64,000 nucleotides of DNA from assembly GCA_038117045.1 (NCBI GenBank), contig JAYOFE010000002.1, positions 242-64,241 of the forward strand. Direction: 5' to 3'. This stretch comes from Alphaproteobacteria bacterium (GTDB lineage Bacteria > Pseudomonadota > Alphaproteobacteria > UBA6615). Under the pieces are notes generated by a model that saw only the letters and a list, made by a program, of their open reading frames with translations, did no database searches and was not told the DNA's origin. Position 1 is the stretch's first letter. The number at the start of each line of letters is the position of its first letter. Both the position numbers and the translations under genes were made by a program. Shown here piece by piece: positions 29,910 to 38,633 of the stretch.

Positions 29910-30773
29910 ATGCTCGTAATTATCGGATGGGTCGTCGTTACTGTTTGCGTTCTGGGCGGCTATGTCGCCATGGGCGGCAAGCTCGCCGTCCTTGTACAGC
30001 CGTTCGAACTCGTGATCATTGGCGGTGCCGGTGTCGGCGCCTATATCACGGCAAACCCGAAACATATTCTGAAATCCACAGGCAAGGGCTTCAAAACAGC
30101 CCTGAAGGGTCCGGTCAACTCGAAGGCCGACTACCTGGAATTGCTGTCTATGATGTATGCGACGTTCAAGCTAGCCAAGACCAAGGGGAACCTGGCGCTA
30201 GAACCGCACATCGAAAATCCGGAAGACAGCGAACTCTTCGCCAACTTCCCGTCCTTCATTCACAACCATCACGCGGTTGAATTCTTCTGCGACTACCTGC
30301 GCCTGGTCACGCTGGGGACCGAGAATGCGCACGAACTCGAGGCCCTGATGGATGAGGAACTCGACGTCCACCACATGGAAGACGAGCAAATCTCCTCCGC
30401 GATGCAGACCCTGGGCGACGGCTTCCCCGCGCTGGGCATTGTTGCCGCTGTGCTCGGCGTGATCAAAACCATGGGCTCGATTACGGAGCCGCCCGAAATT
30501 CTCGGCAAGCTGATCGGTGGCGCGCTAGTCGGAACTTTCCTCGGCATTCTTCTGGCCTATGGTTTCGTCGGCCCGCTGGCCAGTTCCATGAAGGCGAGCC
30601 AGGAAGCCAACAGCAAATACTTCGCCTGCCTGAAGGCCGGCATCCTCGCACATGTGGCGGGGAATGCGCCGGCCGTTTCGGTCGAATTCGCACGCAAGAC
30701 GCTGATGAGCATGGTGCGCCCGACATTCGCCGAACTGGAAGAGGCGAACGAAAACGCGCCCGCGGCAACGTAA
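29910..30773 (+). CDS. motA: Flagellar motor stator protein MotA
   Basis: 287 aa with an AGGTGG SD. Shows the MotA/TolQ/ExbB channel region GDGFPALGIVAAVLGVIKTMG...GGALVGTFLGILLAYG. Confidence 0.9.
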   Translation: MLVIIGWVVVTVCVLGGYVAMGGKLAVLVQPFELVIIGGAGVGAYITANPKHILKSTGKGFKTALKGPVNSKADYLELLSMMYATFKLAKTKGNLALEPHIENPEDSELFANFPSFIHNHHAVEFFCDYLRLVTLGTENAHELEALMDEELDVHHMEDEQISSAMQTLGDGFPALGIVAAVLGVIKTMGSITEPPEILGKLIGGALVGTFLGILLAYGFVGPLASSMKASQEANSKYFACLKAGILAHVAGNAPAVSVEFARKTLMSMVRPTFAELEEANENAPAAT

Positions 30774-30803
30774 GCCGGAACAAAGGGCAGTACGGGCAAA
30801 GTC

Positions 30804-31913
30804 ATGGCTGGCGGCGCAGCAAATCAGCAACCCATCATCGTCAAGAAGGTGAAGGGACACGGGCACGGCCACCATGGCGGTGCCTGGAAGGTTGCCTACG
30901 CCGACTTCGTGACCGCCATGATGGCGTTCTTCCTTCTGTTGTGGCTGCTCAACGCCACCACCGAGGAGCAGCGCAAGGGCATCGCCGACTATTTCTCGCC
31001 CGAATCCCTCTCGTCACCCAACAGCGGTGCTGGCGGCATCCTGGGCGGCAAGACCGTGGCCATCGACGGTTCGCAGGTTGCGGCCGGCGGCCCATCCGAA
31101 GGTGGTGCCAGCATTCCCCTGCCCCCGAAGGTGTCCGGCGAGGGTGAGGAAGGCGCGGACGGCGAGGACCTCGTCGAGGGCGATGGCGGCGAGACCGAGC
31201 TTCCCGAGAAAGGCACCTCCGAGTTCGCTGAGTTCGGGGAAACCGACAAAACCGAGTTCGGCGACAGTGACAAGCCCGACTTCGGCAAGGTCAATGACGG
31301 CGCTCTCGACGAGGCTCTGGCAGCCCGCGAGCAGGAACAGTTCGAGGCGGCGGCGGAGATGCTGCGACAGGCCATCGACAGCGTGCCGGAGCTTGTCGCA
31401 TTGCAGGACAGCCTGCTGGTCGAGCAGACCCCGGAAGGCTTGCGTATCCAGCTTGTCGACCAGAAGGGCTATTCGATGTTTGCGCTGGGCAGCGCACTGC
31501 CCAACCAGCAGACCCGCAACCTCGTCCAGCTCGTGACTCGGGCCGTTGACCAGCTCGGCAACAAGATTTCCATCAGCGGCTACACGGACTCCCGTCCCTA
31601 CCGCTCCCAGGAAGGTTACACCAACTGGGAACTCAGTTCGGACCGTGCCAACGCGGCACGTCGCCTGCTGATCGAGTCCGGACTGGATGCCGAACGGATC
31701 GCGCTCGTCCAGGGCCGGGCCGACACGGACCCGCTGCTGCCGGAGAATCCGGAAAGCGAACGCAATCGCCGCATCAGCATCGTCCTTCTGCGCGAGAATG
31801 CGGTGCCGATTGAAATTCGCGATACGGTCCAGCCCAGCGAACTCGGTGCCACCGAGCCGCAAACCCCGCCGGCCCAGAAGACCGAACTCGACAGCGGCCA
31901 TTCCCCGGGCTGA
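30804..31913 (+). CDS. motB: Flagellar motor protein MotB (OmpA-like C-terminal domain)
   Basis: 369 aa. HGHGHHGGAWKVAYADFVTAMMAFFLLLW carries the conserved channel Asp. There is a long acidic linker. The OmpA-like end is GYTDSRPY...NWELSSDRANAARR...NRRISIVL. Confidence 0.9.
   Translation: MAGGAANQQPIIVKKVKGHGHGHHGGAWKVAYADFVTAMMAFFLLLWLLNATTEEQRKGIADYFSPESLSSPNSGAGGILGGKTVAIDGSQVAAGGPSEGGASIPLPPKVSGEGEEGADGEDLVEGDGGETELPEKGTSEFAEFGETDKTEFGDSDKPDFGKVNDGALDEALAAREQEQFEAAAEMLRQAIDSVPELVALQDSLLVEQTPEGLRIQLVDQKGYSMFALGSALPNQQTRNLVQLVTRAVDQLGNKISISGYTDSRPYRSQEGYTNWELSSDRANAARRLLIESGLDAERIALVQGRADTDPLLPENPESERNRRISIVLLRENAVPIEIRDTVQPSELGATEPQTPPAQKTELDSGHSPG
31230..31301 (+). repeat. Three imperfect 24-bp tandem repeats in the motB linker (EFG-x-x-DK-x units)
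   Basis: gagttcggggaaaccgacaaaacc / gagttcggcgacagtgacaagccc / gacttcggcaaggtcaatgacggc, encoding EFGETDKT-EFGDSDKP-DFGKVNDG. Confidence 0.8.
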
Positions 31914-32001
31914 TCAAAAAAATACGCGCAGGTATTTTGCGCGGCTGCAGGCGAGAAGCTAGACTCCGCGCTTGACTGCAAAGGCGTTCCCGGAAGGCTC
32001 A

Positions 32002-32745
32002 ATGACCACACAGGCGCCCAAACCGCCGCTCGTGTTCTACCGCACCGGGCCGATGCCCTGCCCCTATCTTGAGGGGCGGGTCGAGCGGAACCTCTTCACC
32101 GAACTGCACGGGGTCCAGGCACCGGCGATGCACGACCAGCTTGCCCAGGCCGGCTTCCGCCGTTCCCATCATATCGTCTACCGCCCGGCTTGCCCGGGCT
32201 GCAATGCCTGCGTGCCGGTGCGTATCCCCGTTGCGACCTTCACCATGTCGCGTTCCCAGAAGCGCGTGTGGAACCGCAACACGGACCTGAGCGTGAGCCC
32301 CGGACCGGCCCGCGCCACCGAAGAGCACTACGAACTTTTCGCCCGCTACCAGAACACCCGTCACAGCGGCGGCGAGATGGCGACGATGTCCTTCGCGGAC
32401 TTCCGGGCCATGGTCGAGGATTCCGTCGTCCAGACCGAAGTCGTGTCAATCCGCGACCCGGACGGCAGGCTGGTGGGTGCCTGCCTGACAGACCGGCTGT
32501 CCACCGGCTACTCGGCCGTCTACAGCTATTTCGACACAGCGCTCGAGGATCGCAGCCTCGGGACCTATTGCGTCCTCTGGCTGCTGGAGCGCGCCCGCGC
32601 GGCTGGTAAGCCCCATGTCTATCTGGGGTACTGGATCGCCGACAGCGCCAAGATGACCTACAAAAACCGCTTCCGCCCCATCGAACACCTCGGTGTGAAT
32701 GGCTGGCAGGGCGGCCCGCTACCCGGAACAGGCGAATCCGGCTGA
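32002..32745 (+). CDS. bpt: Arginyl/leucyl-tRNA--protein transferase Bpt (N-end rule)
   Basis: ATG 32002 (MTTQAPKPPLVFY). ATE-family motifs CPYLEGR...FRRSHHIVYRPACPGCNACVPVR and YLGYWI. Confidence 0.88.
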   Translation: MTTQAPKPPLVFYRTGPMPCPYLEGRVERNLFTELHGVQAPAMHDQLAQAGFRRSHHIVYRPACPGCNACVPVRIPVATFTMSRSQKRVWNRNTDLSVSPGPARATEEHYELFARYQNTRHSGGEMATMSFADFRAMVEDSVVQTEVVSIRDPDGRLVGACLTDRLSTGYSAVYSYFDTALEDRSLGTYCVLWLLERARAAGKPHVYLGYWIADSAKMTYKNRFRPIEHLGVNGWQGGPLPGTGESG

Positions 32746-32922
32746 GGTAATCGTCATACTTTTGTATGGCGCGCGTACCGTTGCGCCCCCCAAATCCCTG
32801 TCTTAATGTCGTTTTCAACCGATGCCGGATTGTCATTGTACCGGCACGACACAAACCTATGGATGTGTCCGGCCAACGGACACACCGGGACAACGTTAAC
32901 GTCCATATCAGGGAGGACCCCC

Positions 32923-34023
32923 ATGGAACGACGTAAGTTTATCAAGGCCGCCGGTCTCGCCGGCGTCACCGGTGCCGCCGCCGCGGCGTCGGCTTTCCCG
33001 AAGCCCGCGATCGCGCAGGAGCGTATAGATTTCGCGATGGTCACCACCTGGCCGCGCGACTTCCCCGGTCTCGGCACGGGTGCCCAGCGCTTCGCCGCGC
33101 GTCTCGACGAAATGAGCGAAGGCCGCATCAAGGTCGAATACTTTGCCGCCGGTGAGCGCGTCGGCGCGTTCGACTCCTTCGACGAAGTCGCCTCGGGCAA
33201 CGCCCAGGCCTATCACGCCGCCGACTACTACTGGAAAGGCAAGCATCCGGGCTGGGCGTACTTCACCGCCGTTCCGTTCGGCCTGACCTACACCGAGATG
33301 AACGCCTGGATCCGCTTCGGCGGCGGCCAGGAGCTCTGGGACGAGCTCGGCAAGGATTTCGGCCTCAAGGGCCTGATGTGCGGCAACACCGGCGTCCAGA
33401 TGGGCGGCTGGTTCAACAAGGAAATCAACACCGCCGACGACCTCAAGGGTCTGAAGATGCGCATCCCGGGTCTGGGCGGCGACGTCATGGCCAAACTGGG
33501 CGCTTCGCCGGTCTCCCTGCCGGGCGGCCAGATCTACGAAAACCTCGTCTCGGGCGCGATCGACGCCACCGAGTGGGTGGGCCCGTGGAACGACCAGGTC
33601 ATGAAGTTCTACGAAGCCGCGAAATTCTACTACTACCCGGGCATGCACGAACCGGGCTCGATGCTGGCCGTCGGCATGAACGCGTCGTTCTGGGGCAAGC
33701 TGTCCAAGTCCGACCAGCTCATGATCGAAGCTGCCGCGAGCATGGAAAACGACGTGATGATGTCCGAGTACAACGCCAAGAACGGCGCGTCGCTGGCCCA
33801 GCTCATCAACAACCAGGGCGTCGAACTGCGTCAGTTCTCGGACGAGATCTACGACAGCTTCGGCAAGGCCTCCGACGAAGTGTACGCGGAAGTCGTGACG
33901 CACAGCGATCTCGCCAAGCGCATCCACGAGAGCTTCCTCAACGCGCGTCAGGAAGTGGGCGGCTGGACGAACATTTCGGACCAGGCCTACGTCCAGCAGC
34001 GCAACCGGGTGCTCGGCCTCTAG
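32923..34023 (+). CDS. dctP: TRAP transporter substrate-binding protein (DctP-type, mannitol/chloroaromatic FcbT1-like subfamily), Tat signal
   Basis: ATG 32923 with GGGAGGA SD. Twin-arginine signal MERRKFIKAAGLAG...AFP. Body typical of the family (MVTTWPRDFPGLG...GGWFNKEI...EWVGPWND). The symbol is family-level only. Confidence 0.85.
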   Translation: MERRKFIKAAGLAGVTGAAAAASAFPKPAIAQERIDFAMVTTWPRDFPGLGTGAQRFAARLDEMSEGRIKVEYFAAGERVGAFDSFDEVASGNAQAYHAADYYWKGKHPGWAYFTAVPFGLTYTEMNAWIRFGGGQELWDELGKDFGLKGLMCGNTGVQMGGWFNKEINTADDLKGLKMRIPGLGGDVMAKLGASPVSLPGGQIYENLVSGAIDATEWVGPWNDQVMKFYEAAKFYYYPGMHEPGSMLAVGMNASFWGKLSKSDQLMIEAAASMENDVMMSEYNAKNGASLAQLINNQGVELRQFSDEIYDSFGKASDEVYAEVVTHSDLAKRIHESFLNARQEVGGWTNISDQAYVQQRNRVLGL

Positions 34024-34046
34024 TCGTGACCACACACCACATCGCG

Positions 34047-34073
34047 AAAACGGAGCCTCATCGGCTCCGTTTT
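34047..34073 (+). terminator. Intercistronic hairpin / partial terminator after the TRAP binding-protein gene
   Basis: AAAA-CGGAGCC-TCATC-GGCTCCG-TTTT, 24 nt after the dctP stop and about 100 nt before dctQ. Confidence 0.7.
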
Positions 34074-34170
34074 CCATGTGGGGGTGACGCAAACGTGATG
34101 GCGGCGCCGGCGACAGAAGCGGTCCGCCTCACCTAGCGTGGATTTTGCCAAACAGGGGGCACCACACTAC

Positions 34171-35217
34171 ATGACGGCAACCGCGCTCGAAGACATCCCC
34201 GCGGCGAAAGGGCCGCTATCGGCCATTGTGATCCGCATTGTCGCGCTGGGCATTGTCGCGGCGATGTTCGCCTTCCTCATCAACAACTACCTGACTCTCT
34301 GGCAGGACTGGCCGGGCATCAGCGCCCTGTTCGCGCACCTGGGCTGGTTCGGCGCGGAAGCATCTGGCAAACCGCTCGAGGGCGGCGACGTGGCGCTGGG
34401 TTGGACACAGCTCCTGCTCTATGCCGGCCTTGTCGGCCTTGTCGTCGTCTATACCTTCTCCACCTCACGGCAGCCCCTGCGCGTGGACTCGGCCCGCCTG
34501 AGCGCAATGGCCGCCTTCATCATCCGCGCAGCCTTCTGGTCGGTCCTGCTGATCGGCCTGGTGGACGCCGTGATTTCCTTCCTGCGCGTCGAGGGGTTCC
34601 TCGCCTCCATCGTCGGACAGAAGATGGAATCCGATCTCGGCCTATCCCGGTACCGGGGCGCGTATGTCCACTACCCGCTGATCGTGGTCTCGCTTGTTAT
34701 CGCGGCCTTCACCCGCTCGCTCGGCTTCGCATGGCTGGCACTGCTGGTGGTGGTCGCGGAACTGCAGATCGTGATCACGCGCTTCATCTTTTCCTATGAA
34801 CAGGCGTTCATGGGAGACCTGGTGCGCTTCTGGTACGCGGCACTGTTCCTGTTCGCCAGCGCCTACACACTGACCGAGGAAGGCCATGTCCGCGTGGACG
34901 TGATCTACGCCGGCTTCAGCGAACGCGGCAAAGCCTGGGCCAACACAATCGGGTGTCTCTTCCTGGGCATTCCGCTGTGCTGGGTCATCCTGTCGATGGG
35001 CATGGCGGGCAAGGCCACGGTCATCAACAGCCCGCTGCTCAGTTTCGAGACCTCACAGAGCGGCTTTGGCCTCTACGTCAAATACCTGATGGCCGGTTTC
35101 CTCGCGGTCTTCGCGGTCTCGATGATGATCCAGTTCGCGAGCTATTTCCTGTCGGCCGTCGCTGACCTGCGGAACGAACCCGGCAAGGCACCGCCGCCGG
35201 AACACCCAGCACCGTAA
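34171..35217 (+). CDS. dctQ: TRAP transporter small permease (DctQ-like) with N-terminal membrane extension
   Basis: 348 aa from ATG 34171. I count about 8 hydrophobic segments. The DctQ-like part (EEGHVRVDVIYAGFSERGKAW...) lies in the C-terminal half. Confidence 0.75.
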   Translation: MTATALEDIPAAKGPLSAIVIRIVALGIVAAMFAFLINNYLTLWQDWPGISALFAHLGWFGAEASGKPLEGGDVALGWTQLLLYAGLVGLVVVYTFSTSRQPLRVDSARLSAMAAFIIRAAFWSVLLIGLVDAVISFLRVEGFLASIVGQKMESDLGLSRYRGAYVHYPLIVVSLVIAAFTRSLGFAWLALLVVVAELQIVITRFIFSYEQAFMGDLVRFWYAALFLFASAYTLTEEGHVRVDVIYAGFSERGKAWANTIGCLFLGIPLCWVILSMGMAGKATVINSPLLSFETSQSGFGLYVKYLMAGFLAVFAVSMMIQFASYFLSAVADLRNEPGKAPPPEHPAP

Positions 35218-35235
35218 CCGGGAGAGACGTACGTC

Positions 35236-37899
35236 ATGGAAGTGTTCTTCATCGTCCTCCTGATCCTGCTGATGGCCGGCGCGCTGGCCATGGGCTACCC
35301 GGTCGCCTTCGCGCTGCCGGGTTCCGCCATCCTGACCATCGCTATCGCGTCGTTCTGCGGCTGGCTGTTCGCAGGCGATGTTGGCGGCTATTTCGCCCAG
35401 GACGGACCCATCCAGTGGCTGACCGCCGGGGTGACAAACTTCAGAGGGGTCTATTGGGAAGTCGAACGCGACACCCTGATCGCCATCCCGCTGTTCGTGT
35501 TCATGGGCATCATGCTTCAGCGATCCAAGATCGCTGAAGACCTGCTTGTCACCATGGCGCAGCTGTTCGGCCCCGTGCCGGGCGGCCTCGGCATCTCGGT
35601 CGTCATCGTCGGCGCGCTGCTCGCGGCGACCACGGGCATCGTCGGCGCGACCGTCGTCGCCATGGGCCTGATTTCCCTGCCCGCGATGCTGCGCAACAAC
35701 TATTCCCATTCGCTGGCCACCGGCACCATCGCGGCGTCGGGCACCCTGGGACAGATCATCCCGCCTTCGATCGTCCTCATCATCCTCGCCGACCAACTCT
35801 CCAGCGCATCCGACCAGGCCAGCACCGCACGCAAGGCCGAGTACAAGGAAGCGACCGGCGAATTCAACATGCCCAGCGAGCTGGACATCACGTCCACCAG
35901 CGCGGGTGACATGTTCCTGGGCGCGTTTCTGCCCGGCCTCGTCCTGGTCGGTCTGTACGTCGCCTACATCCTGGTCTTCGCAATCCTGCGGCCGAAGAAT
36001 GCGCCCGCGGTCCGCCGTGAGGGCGCATTCGACCTGAAATTCGCCTTTCGGGTGTTCCTCGTCCTGATCCCGCCGCTGGCCCTGATTCTGGCCGTACTCG
36101 GCTCGATCATCATGGGCATCGCCACGGTGAACCAGGCCGGCGCCATCGGCGCGGCCGGTGCGATCATCATGGCGGGCTACCGGCTGCTCGAGGGCAAGCG
36201 CGGCGCGTTCATCCCCGCGATCCTCGCCATCGCCGCCGTGGTGGTGATCTTAGTGCTGCTGTCGATGTTCGACCTGAACGTGAAAAGCATCGACACCAGC
36301 GACGACGTCCTCGGCATCACATTGGCGGTGATTGCCGTGTGCGTGTTCCTGTTCGCCGTCATCTGGAGCGGCTGGCGTGTTTACAGGATCGACGACACCC
36401 TGCGCGGGGTGATGATCGAGACGGCCAAGACCACCTCGATGGTTTTCATCATCCTGCTCGGCGCTGCGATGCTGACCGCCGCCTTCCGCGCTTTCGGCGG
36501 CGAGGAGCTGGTGCGCGAGTTCCTCGGCGGGCTGCCGGGCGGCTTCTGGACTCAATTCATCGTCGTGATGGCGGTGATCTTCATCCTCGGCTTCTTCCTC
36601 GACTTCATCGAGATCGCCGTGGTCGTCGTGCCCATCGTCGCGCCGATCCTGCTGGAAGACCCGTCGGCCAACATCACCGCCGTCTGGCTGGGCGTCATGA
36701 TCGGCGTAAACATGCAGACCTCGTTCCTGACGCCGCCCTTCGGCTTCGCGTTGTTCTACCTGCGTGGTGTGGCCCCGCCGCAGGTGAAGACGACCGAGAT
36801 GTACCGGGGTGTGGCGGCCTTCATCGGGCTGCAGCTTCTTGGCCTCGCCATCGTCGGCGCCTTCCCCTCGCTGGTGAACTTCCTGCCCAACCAGTCCTTC
36901 CTGTCGGCGGAAACCGCGCCGCCGCCGAAAAACCCGCGCCTGCAGGCCTGCATCGAGGAGCACCTGTTCGAGCTTTACGACGACAGGCGGCCCGATCTAG
37001 TGGCGGCCATCGAACAGGGCAAGACGCTGAATATCAGCTACCTGCCCGAGAAACGGGCGAAGGAACTGTCGGGCAGCTTCGATAAGGCGCTTGCGACCTT
37101 CCAGCTTGTCGAAGATGTGCGCGAGGCCGAAGCAGCGGTCGAGGACTACACGCCGCAGTACAAGCCCATCCACCGCCAGGTGCGCAGCGCCAAGTCCCAG
37201 ACCCACAAGGCGGAGGACGAACTCGACGATCTGCAGGACGAACTTCGCCGGCTGCGCCGCGCCGAAGGCATCGATTCCGACACTCTCGCCGCCATCGAGG
37301 GCAACATAGAGGCCCTGAAGGAAGAGGTGGCGCGGCTGGAAGCCTCGCTTCCGGCCGGCTGGGAGGATGCCCGAAAGAAGTACCGCACGCTGGCGAGTGC
37401 CGAAAAGCGCACGCGCCTCGGCTACCGGCGGAACGTCGATCAGGCCTACACGCCGATCATGGAAACCCTGTCGATCCTCGAAGGCGCGGAAGACTTCGCT
37501 GCGATACAGGACGAGATGGCGGCGCTTCCCGGCAAGATCGAGACCGCCTCAGTTGAGGATGCGGTCGAGGCCCTGAAGTCCGCGGAATCGGGACTTGCGG
37601 CGCTTGCCGATACGAGCGCGATCCGCTCCGAACTCACCAAGGCGCGCCGCGATCTCACCGCCCGGACACCCCGACCCGACCGCGCTCTGGAGACCGCGCA
37701 GAAGGCCGTGGCGCTCTATGAGGACGAACGTGCGTGGCGCAGCCGCGCCGCCGGTGAACTCGCCGACGGCCTCGCGAAGTACGAAGCGGCCATCGCCAAG
37801 ACCATCGGACTGCGTCAGCTTGACCGTCTGCCGTCGGAATACACCGACAGCATTGCGTCCTGCCTCGCCATCCACCGGGACATCTCGCTGAGCTTTTGA
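35236..37899 (+). CDS. dctM: TRAP transporter large permease (DctM) fused to a ~330-aa soluble helical C-terminal domain
   Basis: 887 aa with a GGGAGAG SD. Residues 1 to about 560 are polytopic DctM (PLFVFMGIML...TGIVGATVVAMG...PPFGFALFYLRG). From about PPPKNPRLQACIEEH to the end there is no hydrophobic segment and the sequence is charged and Ala/Glu/Arg/Leu-rich. Confidence 0.85.
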   Translation: MEVFFIVLLILLMAGALAMGYPVAFALPGSAILTIAIASFCGWLFAGDVGGYFAQDGPIQWLTAGVTNFRGVYWEVERDTLIAIPLFVFMGIMLQRSKIAEDLLVTMAQLFGPVPGGLGISVVIVGALLAATTGIVGATVVAMGLISLPAMLRNNYSHSLATGTIAASGTLGQIIPPSIVLIILADQLSSASDQASTARKAEYKEATGEFNMPSELDITSTSAGDMFLGAFLPGLVLVGLYVAYILVFAILRPKNAPAVRREGAFDLKFAFRVFLVLIPPLALILAVLGSIIMGIATVNQAGAIGAAGAIIMAGYRLLEGKRGAFIPAILAIAAVVVILVLLSMFDLNVKSIDTSDDVLGITLAVIAVCVFLFAVIWSGWRVYRIDDTLRGVMIETAKTTSMVFIILLGAAMLTAAFRAFGGEELVREFLGGLPGGFWTQFIVVMAVIFILGFFLDFIEIAVVVVPIVAPILLEDPSANITAVWLGVMIGVNMQTSFLTPPFGFALFYLRGVAPPQVKTTEMYRGVAAFIGLQLLGLAIVGAFPSLVNFLPNQSFLSAETAPPPKNPRLQACIEEHLFELYDDRRPDLVAAIEQGKTLNISYLPEKRAKELSGSFDKALATFQLVEDVREAEAAVEDYTPQYKPIHRQVRSAKSQTHKAEDELDDLQDELRRLRRAEGIDSDTLAAIEGNIEALKEEVARLEASLPAGWEDARKKYRTLASAEKRTRLGYRRNVDQAYTPIMETLSILEGAEDFAAIQDEMAALPGKIETASVEDAVEALKSAESGLAALADTSAIRSELTKARRDLTARTPRPDRALETAQKAVALYEDERAWRSRAAGELADGLAKYEAAIAKTIGLRQLDRLPSEYTDSIASCLAIHRDISLSF

Positions 37900-37921
37900 C
37901 GGCGCGAATATCCGCCAAAAG

Positions 37922-37958
37922 AAAACGGCCGCCCCAATCCGGGCGGCCGTTTGTCTTT
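37922..37958. terminator. Rho-independent terminator between dctM and bioY (convergent)
   Basis: AAA-ACGGCCGCCC-CAATCC-GGGCGGCCGT-TTGTCTTT. Confidence 0.85.
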
Positions 37959-37973
37959 GCGCAGGTGCTGCGG

Positions 37974-38555
37974 CTAGCGCCTGGGCAGAAGCTTCCACAC
38001 CAGCGGGAGCACCGCCGCCGCCAGCGTGATCTTCACCAGCGCACCGACCATGAACTTTTCCATGCCTTTCTCGAAGGCAACGTCGAGGCCTCCCACCAGC
38101 GTGGACAGATACGCCACGCCAAGCACGAAGATGATGGCCGTGCCTGCGAGATTGGCGATGAATGTCAGCGCCGGATTGCGGTCCCAGCCGCGTTCCGCCA
38201 GCGAGCCGACAAGAACCGCCGCCACGAAGAACCCGGCGAGATAGCCGCCCGTCGGCCCCGCCAAATAGGCGAGCCCGGCACCGCTGGCGAAGACCGGCAT
38301 GCCGACCGCACCCTCGGCGAGGTAGAGAAGAATAGTCGCACCCGCCAGGCGCGCACCGTAGGCCATGGCGATCACCAGCACGGCGAAGGTCTGCATGGTC
38401 ATCGGCACCGGATACATCGGCACCTGAATCTTGGCGGAAACGGCCATCAGCGCACTGCCGGCAATGGCCAGAAGCGCGAGGCGCAAGACGCCGCCCGTTT
38501 CGCGCGGCCAGATCGTGTTGATCAGTGTGGGGGCCGTGCCCGCGACTGCCTGCAT
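37974..38555 (-). CDS. bioY: Biotin transporter BioY
   Basis: 193 aa with about 6 TM. BioY signature-like VPMTMQTFAVLVIAMAYG...GPTGGYLAGF. Confidence 0.88.
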   Translation of the reverse strand: MQAVAGTAPTLINTIWPRETGGVLRLALLAIAGSALMAVSAKIQVPMYPVPMTMQTFAVLVIAMAYGARLAGATILLYLAEGAVGMPVFASGAGLAYLAGPTGGYLAGFFVAAVLVGSLAERGWDRNPALTFIANLAGTAIIFVLGVAYLSTLVGGLDVAFEKGMEKFMVGALVKITLAAAVLPLVWKLLPRR

Positions 38556-38633
38556 TTTTCGTCTCCGTTTCGGCGGCTCAAGTTCGTCCGCAACTGTTAA
38601 CAGCTTCGATTTCGGGGCTCAACAAGTCCGAAA

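Noticed and set aside
29910-31913. MotAB pair as part of a Zorya-like or other stator-based defence or gliding system.
   Set aside because: MotA is 287 aa with no long coiled-coil tail. MotB has the canonical plug, Asp and OmpA domain. No ZorC/ZorD-like or other partner genes are adjacent. Both look like ordinary flagellar stators.
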